A DNA stretch of 64,000 bases, taken from an uncultured virus (IMG/VR IMGVR_UViG_3300042691_048032) (Duplodnaviria; Heunggongvirae; Uroviricota; Caudoviricetes). Position numbers and translations under genes: made by a program. Below are positions 43,752 to 53,071 of the stretch, in pieces. The notes below the pieces were generated by a model that did not search any database, was not told the origin of the DNA, and saw nothing but the letters and a program-made list of their open reading frames with translations. Location: the IMG/VR virus record IMGVR_UViG_3300042691_048032. The stretch is one strand, 5' to 3'. Position 1 is the stretch's first letter; every line of letters begins with the position of its first letter.

Positions 43752-45928
43752 CGGACGTCGAACCTGAGCCTGCAGCGGCAGTTGATCGTCAGGTGTGGCG
43801 GGGCCGTCGGGTCGCCGGGGAATCTCAGTTCGTACTGTCCGACCTTGAACGCGTTTGCCAACGGGATCCTGTCGCCCTCGAGGAGGCGGTGCTCGGAGCG
43901 GACCTTCTGGTCCTTGCGCGTCACCCACCGCTTGCCGACCGCTCCCGCCTGCTTGCCGCCGAACCACATCCCGGCGTTGTAGGCGGTCTGTGCCTCGTGC
44001 TCGGCGATGACCCTCTTCCTCTTGGCGAGGAGGTGGGCGAAGATGGCGATGATTGCGGCCTTCAGGAGGACATGACCCTCGTCCTCGTTGTCCTTCATCA
44101 TGGCGACCGCCGTGATGATCGCCGCGGCGATCTCGTCCTTGGTTGAGTCGTTGGACTTCTCCACGCGCGCCATCTGATCGTTGACGTACTGGTCGACCTC
44201 TTCCTCGTCCGGCTCCATGGGCATCCCGGTGCGCTCGTTGGCCGTCCTCATGGCGTCCTCAACGATGGACTTGATCAGCGGCCTGATGTCTTCCCTCATC
44301 TGCCTGTTCCACACCTCGGTGTCGAACACCTGATCAACGACCAGGGATTCCGATGCCATCGCCTTGCGGGCCTTGGCCCCGGTGGCCTTCTCGAGCACGA
44401 CTCGCTGTTGCCTCTCGAAGAACCTCTCCAGGTTCCCGTCAAGGATCTCGGCCCACCTGTCGGCGTCCGCCAGCTCCTTCGTGTCCCAAGAGTCGGTCAT
44501 TGAGTTAGCGGGGGATTGCTTGACCCCCCACTGGCCGACGCTCGCCGAGGCGGAGAGCTCGGTGTCCGGCCCTTCCCCTGCTTCGGGTGCTTGGATCATC
44601 TCCTCGGGTGTCTCGGCCGCCGCCCCCTCGGGTGTTGTCTGGTCGGCGACCGGTGCCCCGGGTGGCATCGCCCCCGGCATACCGCCCATCTGCTGGGGTG
44701 GCTCGAGCTTCTTTTCCGTGTTGCCGATGGGGGCGAGGTTGGGGTTCGCCAGCATTGAGTCGGCGAGTTCCGACTCGACCTTCTTGCGGCCCGTCCCGTC
44801 CCTGTACTCGTTGGCGGTGATCAGGCCCGACGAGAACTCCTGCATGAGGTAGCGCTCGCGCTCGTTCTTGGCAATCTGCAACACCGGCACGTTGGAAACG
44901 TCGAAGTCGAAGTATAGGTCGGGGTGCAGGGCGTCCATGCCGCGGGCGAGCATCTCGAGGTGTTGTGGCATCGTCTCAAGCCAGAACACGCGGGTCTCCT
45001 CCACGGCGTTGGAGAACGTCCTGCCGGAGGCGTTGCCGATGACGGATTCGGGGACGCCGAAGGCGGAGAGGATCTCCTCCTTGGAGATCTGCCTCATCTC
45101 AATGTAGGAGGCGTCCCTCGGCGAAGCACCCGTGTCCACGTAGTCCACCCCGTCGGACGAGGCGATGACTGATGTGCCGCCGGCCTTGCCGATGTTCCCC
45201 CTGAAGCGGGACCTCAGCTCGTCCTTGTCGTCCTCGTCCATGTCGCCCTTGACGACGAGGAGTCCGCCCGGGCGACCGTCGTTGACGAGGAAGTTCCTGT
45301 TGTAGAACTTGGCGAGCGACTCGAGTTCCACGGCGATGCCCGCCGCCTCGAGCGGGGTCATCGACAGGTACGGGTCGAGGGGGTGCGGGTGCTTGAACCA
45401 CAGCACGTTCTCGGGCTCGACATACTGGATGGGCATGTTGGGGAGCCTGACCTCAAACCTCGAGACGAACTTTTTGGGGTCGGGGATGGGCGACGTGTAC
45501 TGCGGCGGCAGGAGGTGGATGGCGACCGGGTCGCCTCCCCTACCTCTGATGATCTCGACGAAACCGCCGCGGGTTGACGTGAGGAGCTGTGCCGACAGCC
45601 TGTAGCGGAAGGCGAAGGAGTCCTCGCCGGCGTTGGCCCTCCTGTTCAGGATGTCCAGCACGGCGGCGTCCTTGACGACCTTCCCGTCGGGCTTGTTCCC
45701 TTCCCTGCCCATGATTGGCAGGCGGGCCTGGTTCCCGGCGATGGCGTCAATGCAACGGTACACCCAGGTGACCTTCTTGACCCCGTCCCGATACACCCTC
45801 TCGATGTCCCAGGAGTCGTGGTATCCCCTCACCATGTAGGTGGGGTTGGTCGACACCGGGGCGCCGGCCGGTATCGCCTTGGAGCCCTCGTTGGAGAGGG
45901 ACTTATTGCTCCCGGAGTTCCAAGCCAT
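43748..45928 (-). CDS. portal protein fused to a MuF (minor head) domain
   Basis: VYRCIDAIA, PLEAA, NDGRPGGLL, AFGVP, TANEYR; C-terminal KRWVT...VRSEH...FPGDP...INCRC. Confidence 0.92.
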   Translation of the reverse strand: MAWNSGSNKSLSNEGSKAIPAGAPVSTNPTYMVRGYHDSWDIERVYRDGVKKVTWVYRCIDAIAGNQARLPIMGREGNKPDGKVVKDAAVLDILNRRANAGEDSFAFRYRLSAQLLTSTRGGFVEIIRGRGGDPVAIHLLPPQYTSPIPDPKKFVSRFEVRLPNMPIQYVEPENVLWFKHPHPLDPYLSMTPLEAAGIAVELESLAKFYNRNFLVNDGRPGGLLVVKGDMDEDDKDELRSRFRGNIGKAGGTSVIASSDGVDYVDTGASPRDASYIEMRQISKEEILSAFGVPESVIGNASGRTFSNAVEETRVFWLETMPQHLEMLARGMDALHPDLYFDFDVSNVPVLQIAKNERERYLMQEFSSGLITANEYRDGTGRKKVESELADSMLANPNLAPIGNTEKKLEPPQQMGGMPGAMPPGAPVADQTTPEGAAAETPEEMIQAPEAGEGPDTELSASASVGQWGVKQSPANSMTDSWDTKELADADRWAEILDGNLERFFERQQRVVLEKATGAKARKAMASESLVVDQVFDTEVWNRQMREDIRPLIKSIVEDAMRTANERTGMPMEPDEEEVDQYVNDQMARVEKSNDSTKDEIAAAIITAVAMMKDNEDEGHVLLKAAIIAIFAHLLAKRKRVIAEHEAQTAYNAGMWFGGKQAGAVGKRWVTRKDQKVRSEHRLLEGDRIPLANAFKVGQYELRFPGDPTAPPHLTINCRCRLRFDVR

Positions 45929-46119
45929 CAGTCAGCCCCGAGCAGGTAGGACGCAACGAACGCACAACATCCGAGAGAGATGAACCCGGCGGCCGGCAGG
46001 ATCATGAAAACGCCGACCGGGACGCTCGCCACGAAGACGCCGAGGAGCAGGTAGGCCATGAACCTCCTCGGTCCGACTTGGTCTTTGATCTTTCGCAACG
46101 CGCGGCGCGGTAATCTCAC
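45928..46119 (-). CDS. small two-TM membrane protein upstream of portal
   Basis: Two hydrophobic segments; TGATG coupling with portal. Confidence 0.65.
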   Translation of the reverse strand: MRLPRRALRKIKDQVGPRRFMAYLLLGVFVASVPVGVFMILPAAGFISLGCCAFVASYLLGAD

Positions 46120-46178
46120 GCTACCACCTTACATTCGCAGGGGATGTGGGCAGGGCAGATGCTAGTAGATGGAGAACC

Positions 46179-47489
46179 ATGGCCAAGGACTGGGAGGAGG
46201 TACTGAGGTTCCTCAAACCAAAGGAACCCCCGTACTGCCCAGAGAAATCGTCCGTCCAGCAGCAGGTGTTCCTGAGGACCAACGCCATGGAGGCCCTGTT
46301 CGGAGGGGCGGCCGGCGGAGGCAAGTCCTCGGCCCTCCTGATGGCGGCCATGCAGTACGTGGATGTCCCCGGCTACTCGGCCCTGTTGTTCCGCCGCACC
46401 CTCCAGGACCTGACTTTGCCGGGTGCGCTCATGGATCGTTTCCGCGAATGGATCGCCCCCTACGACGACGTCCGCTGGAACGCGAACACCTACACGGCGA
46501 CCTTCCCGTCAGGGGCCAGGATCAGTTTCGGCTACCTGAACAACAAGGACGACTACCTCCGCTACAAGGGCGTTGAGGTCCAGTTCATCGGGATGGACGA
46601 AGTCACCGAGATCCGAGAGTCCGACTACCGTTACCTCTTCTCCCGTCTCCGTCGCCCGTCCTCGGGCCCGCTGTCGCAGGTCCCGCTCCGCATGAGGTGC
46701 GCCTCCAACCCCGCCCCGAACTGGGTGAGGCAGAGGTTTCTGGTTGAGGGTCCCACGCACGGCAGGATCTTCGTCCCGTCCAAGTTGACGGACAACCCGG
46801 GAATCGACCCCGAGTCCTACCGAAGGGCCCTGTCCGAACTGGACCCCATTGAGAGGAAGAGGCTGGAGGAGGGCGACTGGTGGGTCACCTCGCTCGGGTC
46901 AATGTTCCAGCGACAGGACTTCGTCATCGTTGACCCGTTCGACGTCCCCGAGTTCTCCACCAGTTCGGCGAGGGTGGTCAGGTTCTGGGACATGGCCGCC
47001 ACCGAGCCGTCGTACTCAAACCCCGACCCCGACTGGACGGTCGGGACGCTCGTGATGTTCGACAAGGGCATCGCCTGGGTCATGGACGTGAAGAGGATCC
47101 GCGCCAAGGGCGAGGCGGTCGAGAGGCTCATAGCGGAAACTGCCGCCGAGGATGGCCCGACGGTGTCGATCAGGGTCGAGCAGGAGCCGGGGTCGGCCGG
47201 CAAGAACCTCCTGGACCAGTACGCCCGGTACGTCGTGCCCGGCTACGACTTCATGGGCGTACGGGCCACGGGCGACAAGCAGACGAGGGCGAGGCCGTTC
47301 GCCGCGGCCGTCGCCAACGGCAATGTCAGGGTTCTCTCGGCGTCGTGGCTGACCGAGTGGCTTGACGAAATGTCGTCCTTCCCGGAGGCCTGCAACCACG
47401 ACGACCAGGTGGACTCCGTGGTCGGTGCTTACACTTTTCTTGCGGGGCTTGGACTTCCGCAGAGAACCCGTGCTACCATCATCGTCTGA
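46179..47489 (+). CDS. terL: terminase large subunit
   Basis: GGAAGGGKS Walker A, IGMDEVTE Walker B, ASNP, FWDMAAT, EQEPGSAGK, FP-x-x-x-x-HDDQVD. Confidence 0.95.
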   Translation: MAKDWEEVLRFLKPKEPPYCPEKSSVQQQVFLRTNAMEALFGGAAGGGKSSALLMAAMQYVDVPGYSALLFRRTLQDLTLPGALMDRFREWIAPYDDVRWNANTYTATFPSGARISFGYLNNKDDYLRYKGVEVQFIGMDEVTEIRESDYRYLFSRLRRPSSGPLSQVPLRMRCASNPAPNWVRQRFLVEGPTHGRIFVPSKLTDNPGIDPESYRRALSELDPIERKRLEEGDWWVTSLGSMFQRQDFVIVDPFDVPEFSTSSARVVRFWDMAATEPSYSNPDPDWTVGTLVMFDKGIAWVMDVKRIRAKGEAVERLIAETAAEDGPTVSIRVEQEPGSAGKNLLDQYARYVVPGYDFMGVRATGDKQTRARPFAAAVANGNVRVLSASWLTEWLDEMSSFPEACNHDDQVDSVVGAYTFLAGLGLPQRTRATIIV

Positions 47490-47518
47490 AGTACCCGTAA
47501 CCTATTGAAAGAGGAACA

Positions 47519-48040
47519 ATGGCCGACAACGGTTGGAGCCATTCCGTGGAGTCCCTCATTGAGGACGCCCGCGCGAAGGCCGAAGAACTGTCGGGCGACA
47601 AGGACGGCCTCGCCGCCCTGATCGCCGACATCCATGAGATCAGGTCAGCGATCGCCGAGCTGTGGGAGTACTGCTCCGCCATGCTGGTCGCCCTCATGGG
47701 GGACGACCCCGAGGTGGCGACGGGCAACAGCGTCATCGAGAAGAAGGTCGGGGCCCCGCGCAAGGCGTGGAGGCACGAAGAGATCTCCCGCGAGGTCGTC
47801 GATCGCATCGTCGCCTCGTCCATCGACATGGACACCGGCGAGAGGATGAAGACGACCGAGGAGATGATGCTGGAGATGCTCTCCTACGGGGCCGTCTCGT
47901 ACTGGCGGGTCAAGAACCTGTCGAAGATCGGAATCGTCGCCGACGAGTACTGCGACGTCGGCGAACCCAAGACGTCGCTGGTGGTCAGGAACATCGGCAC
48001 GGCCTTCTCGGACAAAGACAACGAGCAAGTGGAGGAATGA
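47519..48040 (+). CDS. hypothetical protein
   Basis: GAGGA RBS, coding bias, YWRV-x-x-L-x-x-x-GI motif. Confidence 0.75.
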   Translation: MADNGWSHSVESLIEDARAKAEELSGDKDGLAALIADIHEIRSAIAELWEYCSAMLVALMGDDPEVATGNSVIEKKVGAPRKAWRHEEISREVVDRIVASSIDMDTGERMKTTEEMMLEMLSYGAVSYWRVKNLSKIGIVADEYCDVGEPKTSLVVRNIGTAFSDKDNEQVEE

Positions 48041-48041
48041 C

Positions 48042-48764
48042 ATGAACAACAACAACAACAACAATGACCTGTACCTAGCACTCTCCGACCCATTCCCCGT
48101 GGAGATGGAGAGGACCGTCACCAAGAGCGGACGGTCGCTCACCTACCTCCCGATCGCCGAGGTCATCAACAAGATGAACAAGGTCGTCGGGGTCGGCAAC
48201 TGGTCGAGCGAGATCGTCTCCGTGGGCAGGGACTCCCTCGACCCGGATTGGGTCGTCGCCCACGTCAGGGTCACCGTCGCCGTCCCCAACGCCAAGTCGG
48301 ATGACCGGATCATTGCCCATTACGACGGCGTCGGCGGGCAGCAGGTGAAGCGCAAGAAGTCCGGCGAGATCGTCGACCTCGGCGACGAGTTCAAGGGCGC
48401 CGTCTCCGACGCGCTCAAGAAGGCGTTGCAGCAGATCGGCCTCGGCCTGTACCTCGCCCGCACCGAGGACGCCATCTACGCCGACGAGGCGTACGAACCC
48501 CCGACCCCCGCCCCGGAGAAGCAGGCCCCGAAGACGAAGGAGAAGCCCGCCGAGCCGTCCGAGGAGGACAAGCTCTGGGCCACGTTCGACGAACACCTGT
48601 CCGGGATGGATAAGGGCGAGAAGGCCGCGCTGGCCGAGTGGTGGCAGGACAAGTACCCCGGGGAGCCGAAGCCGAAGCGTGGCACCGCCACCAAGGCGCA
48701 GTTGAAGGACTGCGTCGCCGAGATCCTGCGCATCAAGCTCGGCGCAACCATGCGGGAGGAGTGA
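48042..48764 (+). CDS. Rad52/Sak-family single-strand annealing protein
   Basis: LTYLPIAEVINKMNKVVG-x-x-NWS...KGAVSDALKKALQQIGLGLYL. Confidence 0.85.
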   Translation: MNNNNNNNDLYLALSDPFPVEMERTVTKSGRSLTYLPIAEVINKMNKVVGVGNWSSEIVSVGRDSLDPDWVVAHVRVTVAVPNAKSDDRIIAHYDGVGGQQVKRKKSGEIVDLGDEFKGAVSDALKKALQQIGLGLYLARTEDAIYADEAYEPPTPAPEKQAPKTKEKPAEPSEEDKLWATFDEHLSGMDKGEKAALAEWWQDKYPGEPKPKRGTATKAQLKDCVAEILRIKLGATMREE

Positions 48765-49531
48765 CCGTGGCGCAGATGCCCGAGAGGCTCTCGCCGTCGT
48801 CGGTCTCCACTTGGTTGCAATGCCCCCTGAAGTTCAAGCTCAGCAGGATCGACAAGATCCCCGACGAACAGACGGAGGCGCAGGCGATCGGCAACATGAC
48901 GCACGAGGTCCTTGAGGCCCTGTTCAAGGAAGAGGCAGGCTCGAGGACGGTTGCGTTCGCCAGGGCGACCATGGTACAGATCTGGCACGACAAGTGGCAG
49001 AAGCACGCCGAGGATGTCCTGGGCCTGTCGCCGTACGCACAGCACATGATGAGGTGGAACGCCTGGCAGTGCGTCGAGAACTACTTCTCCCTAGAGGACC
49101 CGAACGGCCTCGAGCTCGCCGGGATAGAGGACGAGGTCAGGGGACATGTCGCCGGTGTCCCGATCCTCGGCTTCATCGACAGGTGGACGGTCTCCGACGG
49201 GGTCGCCACCATCGGCGACTACAAGACGGGCAAGGTGTCCAAGCCACCGTACGACAGGGACAAGAAGTTGCAGTTGATGATCTACGCCGACCTAGTCGAG
49301 GAGACGAAGGGGGTGAAAGTCGGCTCGTCGGAACTCATCTACCTCAAGGGCAAGGGCACGAGAGTAGTGTATGAGCCGACCGATGAACTCAGGTCGGAGA
49401 CCCGGGACACGGTCGCACGGATCTGGAAAGAACTACAGGAATCATGCGAGACCGACAACTTCAGCACCAACAGGACGAAGCTCTGCGACTGGTGCTCCTA
49501 CAAGCCGACGTGCCCCGCCTGGGGCAGGTGA
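48761..49531 (+). CDS. PD-(D/E)XK RecB-family exonuclease
   Basis: LSPSS...CPLK...GNMTHEVLE...GFIDR...DYKTG...QLMIY...CDWCSYKPTC. Confidence 0.9.
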   Translation: MTVAQMPERLSPSSVSTWLQCPLKFKLSRIDKIPDEQTEAQAIGNMTHEVLEALFKEEAGSRTVAFARATMVQIWHDKWQKHAEDVLGLSPYAQHMMRWNAWQCVENYFSLEDPNGLELAGIEDEVRGHVAGVPILGFIDRWTVSDGVATIGDYKTGKVSKPPYDRDKKLQLMIYADLVEETKGVKVGSSELIYLKGKGTRVVYEPTDELRSETRDTVARIWKELQESCETDNFSTNRTKLCDWCSYKPTCPAWGR

Positions 49532-49535
49532 CGCG

Positions 49536-50054
49536 ATGATGTCCGACGAGACCTTCGCCAGGCTCGTCGCCGACGACGTCAAGAACAGGGTCACCGACGA
49601 GCAGAGGCAGTACCTGAGGCTCTCGGAGAACAGGGACAGGTGGATGATCAACATCATCGCCCTGCTCAGGAACCTCGACCAGCAGGTCAGGGACATCGAG
49701 GCCCACGAGGAGAGGGACAGGGAGATCTACGGGACACTGGGCGAGGACGGCATCAGGCTGCTGGCCGAGGCGCAGGCGGCGTCGGACGAGCGCAGGAAGA
49801 AGGTCCTCCGCTTCCGCTACCACGTGGAGAAGAGGCTCGACGAGTGCGAGCGGATCAACATCGCCCACGACGACCATGACACGGAGCCGGACAGGCCCAT
49901 CCTCCGCAGGGCCATCGAGAAGCACCGGGAGATGACGGAACAGGTCGGGATCAACCCGACCGAGATCGACACCGCGCTCTGGGCGTCGCTGGGCGGAGAG
50001 TGGAAGTTCGCCGAGATCGACGTCGACAGGCTGTCGGAGGAGTTGGACGATTGA
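49536..50054 (+). CDS. hypothetical helical protein
   Basis: AGGTG RBS, coding bias. Confidence 0.7.
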   Translation: MMSDETFARLVADDVKNRVTDEQRQYLRLSENRDRWMINIIALLRNLDQQVRDIEAHEERDREIYGTLGEDGIRLLAEAQAASDERRKKVLRFRYHVEKRLDECERINIAHDDHDTEPDRPILRRAIEKHREMTEQVGINPTEIDTALWASLGGEWKFAEIDVDRLSEELDD

Positions 50055-50350
50055 GGAGGCGTTCGGCCAAGAAGGAGGCCGAGTACGTCCTGCGGAGGCC
50101 GTTGGTCGCCCGTCTGCTGGCGGAGCGCCCGTGGTGCGAGGCGTGCCCCAAGTTCGCCGCGCACGACAACCTCATGGTCTACATCCGCAGGCCGTCGGTT
50201 GACGTCCACGAACTGGTGAGGCGCTCGCAGGGCGGCTCAATACTCGAGGAGTCAAACCTCATGTGCGTCTGCAGGGAGTGCCACCGCAGGATCGGCAACG
50301 AGCCCCAGCTCGCCTTCGACCTCGGCCTGGCGAGACACGCCTACGACTGA
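50051..50350 (+). CDS. HNH endonuclease
   Basis: CEAC...DVHELVRRSQGG...NLMCVCRECH. Confidence 0.85.
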   Translation: MRRRSAKKEAEYVLRRPLVARLLAERPWCEACPKFAAHDNLMVYIRRPSVDVHELVRRSQGGSILEESNLMCVCRECHRRIGNEPQLAFDLGLARHAYD

Positions 50351-50979
50351 CCGTCGAAGGAGCCAATCCTCGGGACGATGCGGGAAGAGCCGTTGAACGC
50401 CTCGCGCACCCGCTCCCCGTCCTCCGTTGTTATCTCTCCCCCATACAGGAGTTTGCCGGGGCTGTAGCCGCCGCACGAGTTCACGAGGTCCGCCACCCCG
50501 AACATGGCGATCATGATCCTCCTCCTGCGCCAGTCGGGGTGGGTGTAGATCTGCTGGACGATCGGGTCGCCCTTCCGCCAGGTCAGTTTCGCCACGAAAC
50601 CGAACAGGTCGTCCTTTTTGACCCCAGCGTCGGCGAACTGTTGCTCCGTGAGCACGGTCCCCGTCGGGAACCTGCCGTCGGCGTAGGCCAGCAGGGCCAA
50701 GTGCGGCGGGTCGAGGTGGGCGCCGTCGAACAGGGCGAACCACAGCTTCGTCATGTTCTCGTACGGCCCGAAGACCTCCTCCCTGTGGTAGTGGGCAACC
50801 AATCGCCCGTCGTCGCCCATCTCGCACCACCCGTAGACGTCCTGCTCGGGTGGCGCCTCGCCCTGCGTGAGACCGCCGTCGCGGGTGCTGGTCTCAGACC
50901 TGACGAACCTGATGTCGGCCCACCCGTCGTCCAGCACTCGGCCGGTGTTCCAGGCGTACACGTAGGGGAACTTGCTCAT
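50341..50979 (-). CDS. GNAT-like acetyltransferase
   Basis: VQQIYTHPDWRRRRI resembles GNAT motif A; T-x-DG; leaderless TAGCAT -10 element. Confidence 0.55.
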   Translation of the reverse strand: MSKFPYVYAWNTGRVLDDGWADIRFVRSETSTRDGGLTQGEAPPEQDVYGWCEMGDDGRLVAHYHREEVFGPYENMTKLWFALFDGAHLDPPHLALLAYADGRFPTGTVLTEQQFADAGVKKDDLFGFVAKLTWRKGDPIVQQIYTHPDWRRRRIMIAMFGVADLVNSCGGYSPGKLLYGGEITTEDGERVREAFNGSSRIVPRIGSFDGQS

Positions 50980-51001
50980 GGCGGCGATGCTACAGGGGCA
51001 A

Positions 51002-51035
51002 AGGAAAAGCCCCCGGTTCCCCGGGGGCCCTTCCT
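51002..51035 (-). terminator. intrinsic terminator
   Basis: GCCCCCGG-GGAA-CCGGGGGC followed by TTTTCCTTT on the minus strand. Confidence 0.8.
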
Positions 51036-51060
51036 CGTGCCTTGTCGGGTCGGCGCTCTG

Positions 51061-51708
51061 TCAGTCCCAGATGCGGACGGGTGCGGTGAGTGTGTTGCCA
51101 CCGACGCCGGTGTACGAGACGAAGATCGTCGCCGTGCCGGTGTAGGGCGTGTACTCCGACCAGTCGCCGCCGTCCGCATACACGAACAGCGAGAGGAACT
51201 CGTCCTCGTTCATGACCGACAGGTCGGTCTTGTAGCCCTGCGGGCCGGTGTCCCAGTTCCACCACGTGGTCATGTCCTCAACCGAAGGCAGGGACTTGGT
51301 GGTGCTGCGGTATACGGCCACCGTGTCGTTGACGTCGTCGAGCTGCACCTGCTGGTCGTAGGGGTTGTTGCCGCTTCCGGCACCCGTCTCGTCGTCTCGG
51401 AAGTCGGGGTTGCCGAACCAGCACGTCGGCTTGTCGTTGCTGGCCATGTCTCCCCAGACCCAGTTGTTGTCCGACACGAAGCCGCCGGTGTTCTTGGCGT
51501 TGCGGGTCTTGATGGCCCCGAGGCGCAGGATGCGTTCGGTGCTCCACGGATTACCGTCGTCGTCCTCGCCGCTGAGTCCGTCGTCGGCGGTGAACCAGAT
51601 CTTCTCGATCTTGACGCGGAAGGGGAACGAGACGTTCACGTACTTCTTGAACTCACCGTCAACCGCGTAGTTGAGGGCGAGGATTGAGGGGGGGATGATT
51701 CCCGACAT
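51061..51708 (-). CDS. putative virion (decoration-like) protein
   Basis: AAGGA RBS; beta-rich; shares the MSGIIPxSI N-terminus with its neighbour. Confidence 0.65.
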   Translation of the reverse strand: MSGIIPPSILALNYAVDGEFKKYVNVSFPFRVKIEKIWFTADDGLSGEDDDGNPWSTERILRLGAIKTRNAKNTGGFVSDNNWVWGDMASNDKPTCWFGNPDFRDDETGAGSGNNPYDQQVQLDDVNDTVAVYRSTTKSLPSVEDMTTWWNWDTGPQGYKTDLSVMNEDEFLSLFVYADGGDWSEYTPYTGTATIFVSYTGVGGNTLTAPVRIWD

Positions 51709-51734
51709 CGGGTGTTCCTTTCCGCTTTCTGTGG

Positions 51735-52097
51735 TCAGTCGGCGACGCCGACGTACGAGATGGCGACGAGGATGCCCGCGCCGGCGGTGCCGGAGCCGAC
51801 CTGGGTGACGTCGATGTCGATGATGTTGCCCGTGCGGAAGACGAAACCGTCATCCGCGATCGTTCCGGTCGCCGTCGCCGAGAACTCGTTGGCGGGGATC
51901 GTGAAGGTTCCGATGGTGGTCGTGGCGGCCTGCATGCGGGCGATCAACGACGCTCCGGTGGGTGCGGTCTTGAGGCCGGCGGTGGCGTTGGTCATCTTGC
52001 CGTCGCACGGCATGACGATGCGCAGGACATTGTCGGCCACGCTGAGGCTTCCCTCGGCCTGGATGGTGAAGATTGACTTGGGGATGATCCCGGACAT
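51735..52097 (-). CDS. putative capsid decoration / fibre-base beta-sandwich protein
   Basis: TAPTGA...IDIDVTQVGSGTAGAG pattern of phage structural domains; AAGGAG RBS. Confidence 0.65.
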   Translation of the reverse strand: MSGIIPKSIFTIQAEGSLSVADNVLRIVMPCDGKMTNATAGLKTAPTGASLIARMQAATTTIGTFTIPANEFSATATGTIADDGFVFRTGNIIDIDVTQVGSGTAGAGILVAISYVGVAD

Positions 52098-52164
52098 GAG
52101 TTTGCTCCTTCTGACGACTTGTGTTGTCGTGGGAAATGTAGCAGTTTGGGTTCACGGCATTGGC

Positions 52165-52194
52165 TAGACAGGCGACGCCGTTAGTTGGTACGAT
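52165..52194 (+). promoter_or_regulatory. promoter of the ruvC operon
   Basis: TAGACA-18 nt-TACGAT with TG extension. Confidence 0.55.
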
Positions 52195-52203
52195 CCGCAG
52201 CGC

Positions 52204-52704
52204 ATGGATGTCGTCGGCGTTGACCTGAGCCTCACCTCAACGGGGGTGGCGACGCCGTCCGGCACTTCCGCCGTCTCGGTTGCGTCGACCGGCGTGGCCA
52301 GGCTCGTCGGCATCAGAGACTCCGTCATGTCGCTCGTGTTGTCCTGCGACAATCCGCTCGTGGTGGTGGAGGGGTACTCGTTCTCCTCCAGGAACTCGCA
52401 CGCCCACGCACTCGGGGAGCTGGGCGGCGTTTTCAGGGTTGCGCTCTTTGAGGCGCGGGTGCCGTACGTCGACGTTCCCCCGACATGTAGGGCGAAGTTC
52501 GCCACGGGGAAGGGGAACGCCGGCAAGAGCGAGGTAGTGTCTTCCGTGTCGGCCAGGACGGGAATCGTCTGGTCCGGCAAGGGGGCGGAGGACATGTGCG
52601 ACGCGTGGATCCTCCAGGAGATGGGGCTAGCGCTCCTCGGGCGGGCCAGACACGACTGGCCCAAGGAGAACCTCTCCGCGCTCGACAAGATTCAATACCA
52701 ATGA
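52204..52704 (+). CDS. ruvC: RuvC-like Holliday junction resolvase
   Basis: GVDLSLTSTG...VVEG...LGELGG...KFATGKGNAGK...DMCDA. Confidence 0.85.
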   Translation: MDVVGVDLSLTSTGVATPSGTSAVSVASTGVARLVGIRDSVMSLVLSCDNPLVVVEGYSFSSRNSHAHALGELGGVFRVALFEARVPYVDVPPTCRAKFATGKGNAGKSEVVSSVSARTGIVWSGKGAEDMCDAWILQEMGLALLGRARHDWPKENLSALDKIQYQ

Positions 52705-52714
52705 CGACTAAAGG

Positions 52715-53071
52715 ATGAACATGAAGAACGGCAGGGGAACACCCATCAGTCAAGTCGAGGTAGAGGAGGAGATACTCCGCCTCGTCGGCGACTTGGAGTC
52801 AGAGACCGAGGCCTTCGAGACGCTGTCCCTCGACGCCGCGAAGAAGGAAGCCAGATTCAAGGGGGAGTGGGCGAAGGCATACCTGTCCGCCAGCGGCTCG
52901 ATCAAGGAGAGGGAGGCGTGGGCCGACTACCAGATCTCCGACGCCCACATGGACTGGAAGATCGCCGACGGCCTGCTCAGGGCGAAGAGGGAGAAGCTTG
53001 CTAGTATCAGGTCGTCAATCGACGCGCTCAGGACTCTGAACGCAAACGTCAGGGCGCAGGTGATGTCGTGA
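52715..53071 (+). CDS. coiled-coil hypothetical protein
   Basis: Helical; T/S-x-x-EREA-x-A...LRTLNAN. Confidence 0.65.
   Translation: MNMKNGRGTPISQVEVEEEILRLVGDLESETEAFETLSLDAAKKEARFKGEWAKAYLSASGSIKEREAWADYQISDAHMDWKIADGLLRAKREKLASIRSSIDALRTLNANVRAQVMS

Noticed and set aside
37607..47489. Inteins or introns in RNR, portal or terminase
   Set aside because: Lengths are ordinary, motifs are contiguous and no C...HN splice signature was seen.
48042..48066. (AAC)n repeat giving poly-Asn at the Sak N-terminus as a phase-variation switch
   Set aside because: A triplet repeat cannot shift frame; more likely an unstructured A/C-rich initiation region like those upstream of MCP and nrdJ.
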